Notes: a model not told the origin generated them from the letters alone. Positions 1-13,603 are shown, numbered from the whole stretch's first letter. The stretch is DNA of 63,750 nt, filler included, from Ministeria vibrans ATCC 50519 (GCA_943704425.1; 7 parts of 7 records of this genome joined end to end with filler, not necessarily neighbours in it), one strand, 5' to 3'. Numbers and translations are program-made.

Positions 1-109
<109 letters not shown>

Positions 110-180
110 CGTATTTCTGTTGAAGTTGTTGTTATGATGATTGTTGTGAAGGACACTTGTTGACATGTGTTGTCTTTCAG

Positions 181-1607
181 CAACTCCACCCGTCCGTCTC
201 GTCGCTCCACTATGGAATTCAAGTGTTCGAAGGTCTCAAGGCGTATCATAGGCTCGACGGCAAGGGAATCAATCTCTTTCGCCCGGAAATGAACATGGCG
301 CGCATGAATGCATCCAACAATGCTGTTGGTCTGCCGGTATCCACACGAAAACGATCGAAACATCCACACTGCAAGACTGAAGCATCCCTCTTTCTTTCTT
401 CTCTCTCTGAATCTTTTTGGATCGGTAGAGTTTTGATGGTGCCGAATTGTTGGAGTGTATCAAGGAGCTTGTGCGAGTCGACAGCAAGTATGTCCCGGCC
501 AAGGAAGGTTTCTCGCTGTACCTCCGTCCTACTTGCATTTCCACTCAGGTGAGCGACAGACAGACAGACAGACAGACAGACAGAGGGGATTGACTGTGGT
601 GTTGCTGTGGTTGTTTTTATTATTTTATTTTAGGATACTCTTGGTGTTGCCAGTCCGCAAAAGGCAAAGCTGTATGTCATTTCGTCTCCCACCGGCCCTT
701 ACTTTCCCGTACGTAAATTTCACAACTGATACATTGCTCTCTTACTATTTTTTCTTCTTCTTCTCTTTTTTCGCTTTTTAGGAGGGATTTGCGCCACAGA
801 GTCTTCTTGCGGATCCTCACTTTGTGCGAGCATGGCCCGGCGGCACTGGACACGTCAAAGTGGGCGGGTAACACAACGCACAAATATGCTGTAAATTATT
901 CATCTTAATATTTTGATTCTACATAGCAACTATGGACCGACCGTGGCTCACTCGGCACTGATGAAAAAACACAACTGCAAGCAGATGCTGTGGCTGTACG
1001 GCCCCGAGCACAACATCACGGAAGTGGGTGTAATGAACCTCTTTGTGTACTGGACCAATGAGCAGGGAGGTACGTGTCCCTCTTCTCTACACACGATCCT
1101 GATTCTATCGTTTTGCACCTTTTCTTCCCCCTTGCACTTTTTTCTCTCTCTTTTAATGTGTGTAGAGGATGAGCTTGTGACCGCTTCATTGAATGATAAG
1201 ACGATTCTTCCGGGCGTCACACGCGATTCGATTCTGAAGCACACTGCGGCAATGGGCCGTTTCAAGGTGTCTGAGCGCACGCTCAACATGCAGGAGATTG
1301 TCAAGGCACACAAGGAGAAGCGCGTAAGCCAGAAAGCATATGAGGCAGTTCCGGGTCGGATATTCTGATGAGATGTTTATTTTTTTAGTTGAAAGAGATG
1401 TTTGGAGCGGGCACTGCGGCCATTGTGTGTCCCATCAGCCGTATTGTGTATGACGGCACAGAAATTGACATTATGACACAGGAGCAGATGGACTCACTCA
1501 AAGCGCAGAATAAGGAAGTGTGTGGTCCGCTGACGCTGCAAATCCACAACGAACTGCTTGCCATCCAGCACGGTGTCATTCCGAGTGATTGGACTGTCAC
1601 CATCTGA
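181..1607 (+). CDS. BCAT: Branched-chain amino acid aminotransferase (PLP class IV), 5'-partial, multi-exon
   Basis: Spliced GT-AG exons give LHYGIQVFEGLKAY, LFRPEMNMARM, SLYLRPT, KVGGNYGPT (PLP lysine), ITEVGVMNLF, ILPGVTRDS and EMFGAGTAAIVCP; stop at 1607. Confidence 0.95.
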
Positions 1608-1855
1608 GGTTGCGCGAGTGTATGTGTGTGTGTATGTGTGTGAGCGAGGAGTAACAAGAGATGGAGAGAGAGAGTGTGTGTGTGAGAGAGTCTACATGTA
1701 CATTATACTTTTCGGTTTTTTCTTTTCCGTCCGTTCCCTGTTTTTCTGTTTTGAACCTACCCAACTCAATAAAAAAGACGAACAATTTTTTTTTAACTCC
1801 AGCCAACACAGTAGCGCAAAACGTCTTTGTGTATGTGAAACATCAAGTGTATTGA

Positions 1856-4413
1856 TCAACGGGGGAAGGGACGGACCATCATGGTCTGGTAGCCGATGTT
1901 CTGGTTGACTGAATCGGGATTCTCAAACCACGAGAACTGCGCGTGGGTCTCATTGACTAGCAGAGGGGGGCAAAAAGTAAGAATAAGAGACAAGAAGGTA
2001 AGAATGTACGTACAGATTCGGAGGTTGGAGAAGCCATAGGCACTCTTGCGGAAGACACTGTACGACGGCTGAAAACGCGAGAGATGATGAATGCGGGGAA
2101 ACAAATTCGATCCTTTTGAATGAGAGGGTACCTGGTCGAGCCAGAGACGGCACAGACCTTCCTTGTTGCCACCATCGCCAATGTTGAAGTACCACGGACC
2201 AGCAGAGTTCCTACGCAAAATACAAAATAAACACAGATACATACAAGTACATGCCGTACTCTTTGTCCTGGTAGACGTTGGTGAAAAACTCGGCCGAGTG
2301 GACATGACCCACAAAGTTGGCGTCAATCTTGGCATTGAACAGAAGCGTTTCGTAGATCTGCTTGAACTTGGCACCTAGTGAATAGAGGCGAGCGTAAGAC
2401 AACAACAAAATAAGAGAAAACAAAAAGAGGGCGAGTGTGTGTGTGAGAATGCCTCTTACCTTCACCCTGGTGGCATGTGTTGCTGTAAAGAGAGAGAAGA
2501 CAGAGGAGGGAGAAAGAAACAAAGTGATAGGGAGAGAGAGGAGGGAGAAAGAAACAAAGTGATAGGGAGAGAGAGGAGGGAGAAAGAAACAAAGTGATAC
2601 GAAGAGACAGGAGGGAGAAAGAAACAAAGTGATAGGGAGAGAGAGGAGGGAGAAAGAAACAAAGTGATAGGGAGAGAGAGGAGGGAGAAAGAAACAAAGT
2701 GATAGAGAGAGAAAAAAACAAAAAAAAAGTGATGGTGAGATTGGTGAGTGCCAACGACTCTCTCTCTCTCTTCAATTGTGCGTCTTTACCTGTTGTAGAT
2801 AGGAGTGTGCCAGAAGACAAACACCCAGGGGGTCTCCTTACGGTCGATGCTGGCCAACTCCTGCTTGACCCAGTTGTACTGCACTCCGCCCTCCGAGTAG
2901 TCTGTCTCCGTGCTCAGCCACACAAATCGCGCATGGCCATGGGTGAACGCATAGTAGAACGAGCCATTCATGGGCGCCTGAGCATACCAGTCAGCCATGT
3001 GCTCCCCCTTTCCGTTTTCTTTCGTCACTTACCGGTCCAGGCATGTTGTAGCGGTGGATCACCGGCACAAAAGCATCATACCTAACAAGACACAATAGGA
3101 AAGCGTCAGGCACACATAATACACACAATCGCATAATCGTACGCCTCATGGTTGCCCACACCGACCATGTACGGCTTGATGGCCGCCACCTAAACACAAA
3201 TGAGTGCAAGCGAGAAAGGAAGAAGTGATAGAGCAAGAGAGGGAGAAAGAAAGAGAGAGAGGGAGTGAGAAAGAAACAAAGTGATACACGTAGAGAAAAA
3301 TGAAGGGAGAAAGTACAAATAAGTAACATTAGTGATAAAAAGTAGAGAGAAAGAACAAAACGATAAAACGAAGGGAGAAAGAACAAAGTGATAGAGAGAG
3401 AGTGTGTGTGTGTCAGTAGGTTATCGGTAGTTTTCGGGTGTAGTAGATTCTCGCACCTCTTGGATCATTCGGCCGTACGAGTCCCACAGAGGCTGATTGC
3501 CATTCGCTGCAATAGAATCAATGCCATTGTTAGTGGCCAATAAGTTTTACAAAATCCCCCCCCCCCCCCATCCGTACCGTAGGAAAGGTCACCAACGTGA
3601 AGAAGCAAGTCAGTGTCGCCCAGCGGATTCTTGAGAATGCCCTTGAGCGTCTCCTGACTGTTGGACGTCTGGCCAAGGTCGCCTAATATCATGTACATAC
3701 ACCCACAGTCAAAGGCAGACACACCAATGTGCTCATCCTACCAATGAGGGAGTAGCTTGTGGCAACAGGGGCGCCGGGGGCGGTGGAGAAGGAAAACTCG
3801 GCGCTCCACAGGTTCGCGGCCGAGTCGCCCACCTGGTAGAAGTACTTGGTGCGCCCTGCCTTGAGGCCGCTCATGGTCGCCGAGTGCAGCGCACCCGACG
3901 TGTACGTGCCCCACGTGTACGAGTCGCTGGTGCCGACAAACGTCATGGTGTAGGCGCCGCTGGTGGTGCCGACGCGGACGGACGAGTTGGCAGCCGACGG
4001 TGTCACCCACGACACAACCTGCAAAACAACACCCTGTCAGGACCACGCACGCCCGGTCACCAGCGCCACGCCGCATCTGCAGCACAGAAGGGTCTGTTGC
4101 CAACGCGCGCGAGTGGAATGCGTCCGAGTGTGAGACAGTGAGAGGAACGCAAAAGAAGGCAAAGGAAAAAAAAAAAACGGGAGGAAAAAGACGATAATTC
4201 ATTGTGTGTGTGTGCCATTCAAGAGAATCAGGCAACGCAGGACGCAGCAAACACAGCGACACGAGCGGCCCCTCGTACCATCTCGGACGGGCTGAGGCCG
4301 AGGGCAAGATGAATCTGCTCAGGAGCATTGCCCGCCCGGACGCCCGTGGGTCCTGCATTCGCAAGCGCCAGTGCAGCCAGCACACAGCACACGATCATTG
4401 AGGTGCGGCGCAT
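1856..4413 (-). CDS. Secreted purple acid phosphatase (signal peptide, FN3-like N-domain, metallophosphoesterase)
   Basis: Signal peptide MIVCCVLAALALANA, then PEQIHLALG and VVSWVT. All five PAP metal-ligand blocks are present: GDLG, GDLSY, GNHE, FWH, GHVH. C-terminal IGDGGNKEG and SAYGF motifs. Confidence 0.92.
2503..2710. repeat. Intronic minisatellite, 35-bp unit, about 6 copies
   Basis: AAAGTGATA recurs at 2521, 2556, 2591, 2626, 2661 and 2696 (period 35; unit GGGAGAGAGAGGAGGGAGAAAGAAACAAAGTGATA). Confidence 0.9.
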
Positions 4414-4638
4414 CGTGAAGAAAACAATTTTGATTTTAGAATTTAGCTATGTCTGAACTCTGATCAAAAGAAAGATAGAAAGAAAGTTTCAGAAAGAGTC
4501 TTTCGACCTCCGCTCATTTATTCAATTAATGTTATTACTTATTTGCTTAATACTATTATTTGCCTCTTTCTCCCCGCCTCACTTAATACCTCGTTCGCAT
4601 TTACATCCACATCCTCATCGCACCATCGACAGAATATT

Positions 4639-4671
4639 ATGGTACGACGAGAAAAATAAAATCAACACACT

Positions 4672-4704
<33 letters not shown>

Positions 4705-4868
4705 GATAGGCATCGACGGCCTCTGACGCAGCCGACGGGCCCGCTGACGACCTTCTGACACTCCCAGTCGGAACAGAGGTACGATCCACGTGCCCTCGCA
4801 CCCCTCTGCCGTCCCCTGGCCTTTCCTATTTGCTCTACAGAGGACAGCAAAAAAAGTCGTTGTGACAG

Positions 4869-4900
<32 letters not shown>

Positions 4901-7900
4901 TCATGTCTCATTTGCGCTAATCTACTGCTCCACGGGGTTATTTCTGTGTCGCATCCAGGTGAGTGCGAAGTACCGAGGAGCGTTCTGCGAAGCGACGGTC
5001 AAAGTGGTTGAGCTGAACATCAAAGTGAAAGTGGAATTTGCCAACGCAAAGTTCGGCAAAGTTACGGTGGCGCATACGCGCATACGCGGACCGCTCACGA
5101 CCGGGGGCAGGGTGGATGCGAAGCAGCCGGATGACAGCTCGCGCTACCACCCGGCACGCATCCTCAAAATGACGGACGCCAGCACATACACGGTTGTCTT
5201 TGACGATGGCGATGTCAAGACGCTCAAGCGCAACAGCATGCAGCTCAAGGGCAAGCGACACTTTGACGGCTCCGAGACGCTCGACAACATGCCTCTGACA
5301 AACCCCGAGAGCTTCAGCTCGCCTGTCGTGTTGGCCGCGGACGAGACTCGCAAGGGACGTCTCTTGCGCAAAAAGGAGACAGCCGCTGCTGTTGTTGAAC
5401 CCGCCGACGTTTCGACTGCCCCTGCGGAGAGCGATGCGGCAAACGCATCAGCAACCACCACGTCAGAGGGAAAGAAAAGCCCTGCCTCGCCGCCTCGTGC
5501 AGCACTTGCTTCCAGCTCGTCTTCCGCTAACTCACGTCGTCGCGCTACCACCACCACCAACGCAAGTCCCGTTGCAGCAGCCGTACCACGATCATCACCC
5601 ACCGCAAACACCCCCACCTCCAGCACGACCACATCTTCTTTGAGTGCGACGCCTCAGCGGTCATCCATTCCGACAGAACCTCAACACCACCCCCACCAAC
5701 AGCAACAACCACAGCAGCAACAACAGCAACAGCCACAGCAGCAACAACAGCAACAGCCTATTCCACCTCAAATGCTACTGCTCCCTCCACCACCCCCAGG
5801 ACCCCCACTTTTTCAAGACAACCCTCCCCGCATCCCTGGCCAGGACGTTGTCTTTGTCGATCCCCTTGACGAGAGCGAGTCCTTCTGGTGGCCCGCCATG
5901 GTCGTCCCTGCATTCGATGCCGAGGAGGAATTTGAGGATCTGCCACCTCTCAAAGCAGGCGAAGTGTACGTCCGCTACTTTGAGGACAGTACCATTTCCA
6001 CTGCGCCGCAAAAGGATCTCCGACCTTTCTCGCGTGCCCACGAGCCCTTTCTCTCCTTCAGCAAGATCCCAGCCTTCCGCGAACACGTAAGGCTAAGATA
6101 TAGAATAATATTATAGAGCGTGAGAGGATAGCAGACCTTTTGCAGTCTCGTATATTCGTATATAATTATATGAAATATATGATTATATAAATTATAATCA
6201 TAATAATTAATATGATCACTATAAATTATAATAATTTATTATAATAATATTATTATAATTATATACTCACCCATTGAACCATTAGGCGGCGGTGCTCAAG
6301 GCTCTAGAGTACATTGACGAGGGTATTGCGCCCGAGGGATTCAAGTGGGCACTGTGGCTGCAGCGTGAGGCCGAGGCAGGCATGACCAACGCTGCAGGTG
6401 CCCCATTGAGATGGTGTCCTAGTTTTCTACTGAATTGCCTCTTTTAGACCTTCCACCCCCAATTGCGCGTGGCAATGGACGCAATAACAACAGCAACAGT
6501 AGCAGTAATGGTGGTGGCAGTGCAAGAGGGAGTGTGATGTCGACCAGTGCCTCCACTTCACCCCTTGCAACCGCATCTCCATCCGCTGTGGGTGGACGTA
6601 AGCGCGTTGCGTCTGCTGCGGGCATTGACGAAGACGATGCGACCGTTGCCCGCGAAAAGGGCCGTTTTATTCGCTCACTCTACAGTATGTGAACATTGTT
6701 CACGTTATAGCCTCTCACTCTCCCTATCCCCATGTGTCCACTTGTAGAGCTGATGGTGAATCGTTGCACTCCCATCACAAAGACGCCAGTGCTCGGGCAG
6801 AAGGAGCTCGATCTCTATCTACTGTATAATCTCGTGCAGGAAAACGGTGGAATGTCTGGGGTACGCACATACACCCACCACTTTGTTTCTTAACAAATCT
6901 TCTTGTTCTTCTTTCTCTTTTCTTTTTTCTGTTTTTTTTTTTTTTTTCCTTCTTTTCAGGTGACGGCTGGTCTCAAGTGGAAGTCAATCTACACGCAAAT
7001 GGAGATTCCAAAACCATCGTCAAGTGCATCACACAACATCAAGACGGCCTACATGAGGTACCAATACATTTCCGCGCGCTGGGCCGCCTCCATTGATACT
7101 CTTGGTGTATGCGTAGGTACTTGTATCCGTATGAATTGGAGGCCCGCAAGCGAGGCAAGCGCGTGTTCATGTTTGTGTCGGACGGAGAAGATGAAGACGA
7201 AGGTGCGCACGCACTGCTACACAGTGATGTTAATTATTGTGTTTTGCTTTTTTATTTTTTGCTGGACAAAAAAAAGAAAGAGTCTTAAACACAAAAAACT
7301 CACATGTGATGTGTGTAGAGAGCGACGATGAGCCTGCGCCGGCTATTGACGGACGCTTCAAGCACCAGGCGGGTGCGTGTGTCCTCATTGATAACCTGCA
7401 AGACCGCAAGGCATACCCGGGCAAGGTGATTGAGCTGAAAATGGAGCATGGCCAGCCCCACTATCTTGTGCATTACAACGGCTGGAACACACGCTACGAC
7501 GAATGGGTCAAAGATTCCCGTCTTAAGGCAGCTCCAGGCACAGCCCGTGCGACGCCCACGAAACCCCCTGCCAAGCGACCTCGTCGTCGTGCTGCTCCCC
7601 CATCGTCAACAACAGAGTCGCCCACGATGGCAGGGACAACCCTCCCAGCCGTTTCTCCAACAGGGGACGGTGGTGGTGTGGTTTCCATGGACATAACACC
7701 TGACGCCCGTGCTCCTTTGTCGATTTCCTCACAGCCACAACCGTTTCTCTCGCCTGCCGTCTCAGGTTTCCCTGACCCAGCCACCGGTGGGTTTGCGCCC
7801 GTACCCGGCAACGGTTACCCGCCCTACGGCGGAGTGCCCCTCTTGAGCGGCTACGTCCCTCCGCCTGACTTGCAACACCAGCCGCCGCCTCTGCCCCCGA

Positions 7901-8709
7901 AACAACCGCCACAGCCGTCTGCAAGGTCGCAGTCGCGCGCCCGTCGCACCAGTATACCTCCTGCTAGTGTCGTCTCCAGCAAAATGTCTCCTGCGACGAT
8001 TGTCTCCGGTCCGGCCGCCAACAATTTCGGTGGGGATGCCAACGACTATGCCAACGACGACACGCACGTGAGCTCTCGACGGAGCGGCGGTCGTTCGTCG
8101 CTCGCCGTCACCTCGTCGTCGTCAATGCCTGTGTCTACCTCGGGTGCGCGACGTCGCAAGAAGACTTCCTATCCCAAAGATCTGCAAATGCTCGATGATG
8201 CGCTTGAACTCCCACCTGTTGGCAAGTCGGAGAACGTCACGTCGTCTGTGAAGGCCGCCGCCAATGGGAGTGCATCGTTTACGTCACTGTCTGGTCGCAA
8301 TGTGGAGGATCTTATTTTAGAGCGCATGCAGACACTGCGCTCCATGTACTACAAGTGCAAGCAGGAGATTGCTCGTGTGAATCGCGCACGACAGCAGCGT
8401 CTGCAAGCCAAGGAGGAGGAGGAAGAGGAAGAAGAGGATGACGACGATGACGACGACGACGACGATGATGATGGTGATGATGATGAGGAGGGGGAGGACG
8501 GAGAAGGAGGGAGAGGAGACAAAGCTGAGGCAATCAGTGGCGGTGAAAAGCCTACAGAAGAGGAGGAGACTGGTGCGTCAAAGATAGACAAGCACAACAA
8601 CGAAGTCACCAAAGTGTCCGTGGCGATTGTCACCGAGCCTAAGGACGAAGCGGTTTCTTCCCCTTCTGCTGACCAGTCTATTGCTGTTCCTGTCTCCACC
8701 GAGTCTTAA
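4639..8709 (+). CDS. ARID4: ARID4/RBBP1-like chromatin protein (tandem Tudor, PWWP-like, ARID, chromo-barrel, C-terminal coiled region)
   Basis: Predicted exons: ATG only (4639-4641), 4710-4778, then 4959 onward. These give VGTEVSAKYRGAFCEA...YTVVFDDGD...LKGKRHF...LPLTNPE (ARID4 N-terminus), WWPAMV/VRYFED, the ARID segment PVLGQKELDLYLLY...NIKTAYMRYLYPYE, chromo-barrel YLVHYNGWNTRYDEWV, and LERMQTLRSMYYKCKQEIA. Confidence 0.9.
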
Positions 8710-8727
8710 ACTGAGATAGATAGATAA

Positions 8728-8758
<31 letters not shown>

Positions 8759-9090
8759 AAAGTGATGAAGAGAGAGAGACTCGCACACCCATACAACCAA
8801 TACAGAACAACTCGACAAAAGATATGTGTACACATGAATGTTAATTATAATATTATTATAGGGCTAGTATTTAATATAGTATTAATTTTGAATTGGGGCA
8901 GTTTGAAAACGCCTGGGTACTATATAGCCGCGCTTACGACTTAATAAGTAAAATTATGTTGGTCACGGTGGTGTCTATTTTGATTTTGACACAAAATTCG
9001 ACACGAGAAGTGTCAAAGTTTGACATGAGAAAGAGCATAAAGAGGCGTCCTGACCAAAAATTATTATTATTATCATATTAATTTTTATGG

Positions 9091-11195
9091 TTACATAATA
9101 TCGTAATTGTGTTGAACAAACGCAATGGGATCGTAGGGACGAGCAACAACAGTGCGGCCACCAAAGAAACGGTTGTGGAGCGCACTAATAGCACTGGATG
9201 CAGACTCATGGCGCGCATACTCAACAAAGATACGCACAGCTGGACGAAACAAAGTGAATGAGAGCAGGAAGAGAATAAAAATAGTGATAGACAAAAAGAA
9301 AACAAAGCGATAGAGAGAGAAAACAAGGTGGATGAAAAAGTAGAGAAAACAAAGTGATAGAGTGTGTGATAGAGAGAAAACAAGATGGATGAAAAAGTAG
9401 AGAAAATAAAGTGAGTGAGTGTATGTGTTGTGTATGTGTGCGGATATGTGTGTGGCTTGAGTACCATCAGGTTGCTGGTGCAGAAGGACACAAGTGACAG
9501 TGCCCCACTTAGCACATTCGTCTCGCACGTCCGGCAGAAGCTCTGCATCGTCCACGTCCTCCACGCCAACCATGTTGTCCAGCACGACCACGTTGCTTGC
9601 CCCGTTCCCACTGCTGCTCTTCCCTTCCTTCTTTTGGCTTGCTACCCACTTTTTCGGTGCCACAATGGTTCCTCCCTGAATAGATAAAAAAAAACAACAA
9701 AAGTTAAACGAGATACGTTCCAAAAGGCACAGAACCATACTCCAGTTTTGCGGTCCTTCTTGACAACCAGAGGAGTGCTCATGCCCTGTTCGTGCTTGCC
9801 CAGCCCCTGTCCGGCGTTCCACCCCATCTGTTGCATCATCCGCTGTGCTGCCGCTTTTCCCTTCTCCCCACCACCACCACCACTACCGCCGCCGCTACTG
9901 CCACTGCCGTTGCCATTGCCATTGCCCGCTGCTGCTGCTGCTGACGCTGCTCCACTTCGTGCCCCCTTCTGCTCAAGCGAGAGCCGTGCGCGTCTTGCAA
10001 ACGCCTCTTCGCCCGACATGACGTCCCCCACGGGAGCCGGTGCTGCAGCAGGAGGTGCCTCCTTCATGAGTCGTTCCTTGATCTCCTCAGCCCTCTTGCG
10101 CGCTTGGGCCGCCACCTCCGCCGCCTGTTTGGCCGCTGCCAGCACCACCGCAGACGGCACCCAGCTGTTCTGTTGTGCCTCTTTCTCCAATTCCTCCTCC
10201 GCTCGTTCCCGTTCCTTCTTTCGCTCCTCAGCCTGTCGCGTTCTCTCGTTCTCTTCCGCTGCGTCCGCCTCCTCTTTCGCGTGGCGGCGTCGCTCACGCT
10301 CGTCGTCGTCCTCACTTGTTGCATACTGTGGTGGGAAAAACCTCGCGCCCATGCTACCAGCGTGCTGTGCAGTACCCGCATTGCTGCTGTCCCGATACTG
10401 ATCGTTGTTGTTGTTGTCATCGTCGCTGTCGTCGTAAGGGTCGCGTGCAGTCATCATCATTGAGTGCTCCTCCGATGTGCGCGTGGCTGCTTTAGCTGCT
10501 GCCGCGTCTTCTGCTTCAAAGCGTGCTTTGGCCGAGACGTACTCGTTCGGATTGAATGGATCGTAGGGGTGTTGGACAGTTTTCCTGTGCGAAATGGTGA
10601 GGGAGAGTGTGTGTTTTGCCAATGAATGGGTACTGTGCCGCCAACGTCATGATGAATGGCTCCTCGGGATGCAGCACCTCTTCGGCCATCACTACAATGG
10701 GAGGTGGCTGTTGAGACATTGCAATGACCCGCTTGGCCGCTACAGCGCTTGGAGACGCTTTCTGGATCTAAGAAGAGCAGTGAGAAGAGACGCGTAAAGA
10801 ACGAGTGGAGTCGCACTGGTTTTTGAGGGCGTTTTTTCAATAGCTGCTGCTTCTTGCGCGCGAGCATGAGTTGCGGCTGGAGCATCGAGGCACTGGCGCC
10901 CCAGGCGGACGGGGCTGCAGCGGGCTTTGCTTTGGAGGGCGCTGTCGTCTGGGCCTTAGTCGCAGCGGTTGCTGCTGCAGTGGCGCTGGCGGCAGCGGCA
11001 GCTGCGATAAAGCCAGACAGCGAGCTATGCAAGAGGACAGAGAGAGAGAGAGAGAGAGATAGAACGCGCGCGCGCGTGTGTGTGTGTGTGTGTGGTGTAA
11101 GGGGGTGCGTTGGAGGAGAGAGAAGGGCGGTCGCGTTCGTACTGTGACTGGGTGGCGCTGGAGGGGTCGTCGTCGAGATCGTCGTAGAGCGACAT
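9091..11195 (-). CDS. RBM17: Splicing factor 45 (G-patch + UHM)
   Basis: Starts MSLYDDL; has YDPFNPNEY, G-patch MMQQMGWNAGQGLGKHEQGMSTPL and UHM VVVLDNMVG...DECAKWG...VRIFVEY...RFFGGRTVVA. Confidence 0.92.
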
Positions 11196-11319
11196 GTGAA
11201 AACAGAAATGCGCGACAAGGTAGGAGCTAGTTTAGTCGGGGTTTGAGCTGGTGATGATGAGTGATCCAAAAAAAAAAAATTGAAATGATGAGTAAATATT
11301 TTCACTTATTTTCAGTGTG

Positions 11320-12273
11320 ATGCAGAAACTTGGAGAGAAACTCATCCGATTAGCATCACCTACAGCCTCCAACGCGTCGATCGTCATTTTAGGGGGTGTT
11401 CATGGCAACGAGCGTGTTGGCATACGCGTGATTGAGCGACTAATGCGCGACATCCCTTCAACCTGTAGAACAGTGCGCTGTCCACCTTCAGTCGTTCTTG
11501 GACTCGGCAATCCCCGTGCGGTCGAGCTCGGGCTTCGCGCGACCGACCCGACACGCGACCTCAATCGCATGTTTCAATTGAACGCAGGGCGCGGCGCGGA
11601 GGAGACGCCCGAGGGCGAGCGGAGCCGACTGCTGCGCCCTGTGCTGGCACAGGCGTCGCTTCTCATTGATCTGCATGCGACCAACCGCCCTTCACGGCCA
11701 TTTGTCCGAATAGCGGGACCTCTGACGCCTGATCACCGTCGGTTTGCAGGGTATTTTCGCCCTGCTTGTGAGACCTTACTGCATGATCCGGAGTATCTGC
11801 TGGCTGGGCAAGTCGTGACCACAGACGAATACGTGGGCGCCCACGGCGGCACGGGGATATGTGTGGAGACAGGGCATGCCGATGACCTGGGTCCCGAACA
11901 GTCCATCTATGAGGGTCTCGTGAAACTGTTGACAGATCTGGGTGCGCTTGATGAGGACGAGAAGAAGAGAGAGGAGAAGGAGGATGAAGTACCTTGGCGA
12001 GAGCGCTTCACCATTGTAGAGCGTCTCGTGCTTCCCCCACAGGAACCACGCGGCAACGGGGTCCCATCTGGTTTTCAATGGCACCCGTCACGTGAACTGG
12101 TTAACTTCGAGCCCTGTCATGCGGACGAGCCTCTCGCACTCAGCTGTGGCAGTGACACGGTGCTCCTCCGTGCTCCCGCTAAGGGCGTGGTTGTTTTCCC
12201 AAAAGCACCTCAATCAAAGTTCTGGGTGCCTGGTGCACCCATTGGCTGGCTGGCCGTTCCCCACAGCTGCTAA
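11320..12273 (+). CDS. Succinylglutamate desuccinylase/aspartoacylase-family zinc hydrolase (M14-like), intronless
   Basis: Motifs GGVHGNE, GNPRA, DLNRMF, IDLHAT and ETG; single 317-codon ORF. Confidence 0.85.
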   Translation: MQKLGEKLIRLASPTASNASIVILGGVHGNERVGIRVIERLMRDIPSTCRTVRCPPSVVLGLGNPRAVELGLRATDPTRDLNRMFQLNAGRGAEETPEGERSRLLRPVLAQASLLIDLHATNRPSRPFVRIAGPLTPDHRRFAGYFRPACETLLHDPEYLLAGQVVTTDEYVGAHGGTGICVETGHADDLGPEQSIYEGLVKLLTDLGALDEDEKKREEKEDEVPWRERFTIVERLVLPPQEPRGNGVPSGFQWHPSRELVNFEPCHADEPLALSCGSDTVLLRAPAKGVVVFPKAPQSKFWVPGAPIGWLAVPHSC

Positions 12274-13603
12274 AATTACTTGTAAATTTGTGTGTGTGTG
12301 TGAATTATAAATAAGTAGAGAGCTAAGATTATATATTCCTTCCGAGCTACAGTCGCACACACTTACTTGTGGAAGTGCTCCTACAGCGCTCGACGTTCTA
12401 TTTTCAGCCTCAAAACTTAAAATTGCAGTCTTCAGTGGGTGGGCGAGTGTGTGTGGGGAGAGAGGGGGGTAGGAAGGGGCAGAGGGTGCCTATTCGTTTT
12501 CAGAGAGTGATTTATGACAATGAATAATAATAATACCAATAATCAATTAATCAAAATTATCCCCACTTCCCGATGGAGTCGCCGCTCAAACTGCAACTGA
12601 CGTGCGGAACAGACTCGGCTGGGTTGCTTTTCTCGCCAGTATGATGCGAGAAAGAGAGAGAGAAACGACACAAAAATAAATACTCACCTCTCTCCCTTCT
12701 CCTGTAGTCCTGGTCGATGCGAGAGCTGCTCGAGCTCATCCAACTCAACGTAAGCAACACGTGTGTGTGTCTTACCCCACTCTATCGTTCGCAGACAGTT
12801 TTCAAAAGGCCAAAATTTGAAAATAACAAAAAAAAAAGAGAAAGAGAAAGAAAAAAAAAATGAATGAGCAGTGAGGAAGCTCAACCATCCGCCTGAGAGG
12901 GTGGGGGCGGGGGGGTGCGCACGCAGACTGGGGGCGNNNNNNNNNNGACTGGGGGCGGGGGGCGGGCGGGCAGGGTTGGGGCAGCCCTGCGTGTCCCGGC
13001 GGGCCGCAGTGCGTCCTGGCGACTCCCGAACGCCCCAAGCGCACATCCCTTATGACGTCGTTGAAAAACGCCCTTTGCCGCCAGATCACACTGTTGCCGC
13101 CCTCGCCGCTCCCTCCCGACCCGCCCACAGGCTCCAGTGCGGTGTGGGTGCCCCCTTCCACCCCAACAGTGCTCCTACTGTCGCCTGCAATGCCCACCGT
13201 TGACCCCAAAGCGAAAAACCGAAACGCAAAACCAAAAAAAAATTTTTTTTGCCTTTTGTTTTATTCCCAATGCGACCGCGGCCCTCCTGCAATCAAACCC
13301 CTGTTCCTTGTGGTTGCTTGAGAATATCACACGAGCAAAAGCATTTTCTTCGCCTTTTTTCTTCTTTTTTTTTTCGAATTTTTTCACCTTGGAGCGAAGG
13401 ACAAAATCCTTCCCGTTGACCGCCTCTTCCGCCGCGTTTGCTTGTTCTGTTTTCTGTCACGCTGTCTCTACGCGATGTTTCATCGTTTCATTGCATGGCG
13501 CAGTCGCGCACTGGCCGCAAACCTGCTCGTGTGGCGGAAACGCCGTTCCTTCAAATGCAAAACTCTGACACGTCTTTTCTATTTTGTGTTGTGTTGTCTA
13601 CAG

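Noticed and set aside
2503-2710. CRISPR-like array
   Set aside because: Units are directly tandem with no unique spacers, lie in a spliceosomal intron, and there are no cas genes.
12350-12780. Possible small spliced minus-strand gene (VAYVELDELEQLSHRPGLQEKGE...)
   Set aside because: Splice-like signals exist, but I found no start or recognisable product, and it lies next to a low-quality gap.
12947-13200. Possible upstream PKD exon (...HIPYDVVEK)
   Set aside because: Weak resemblance to the PKD ULD only; GC-rich sequence beside an N gap with no clean donor, so not included in the gene call.
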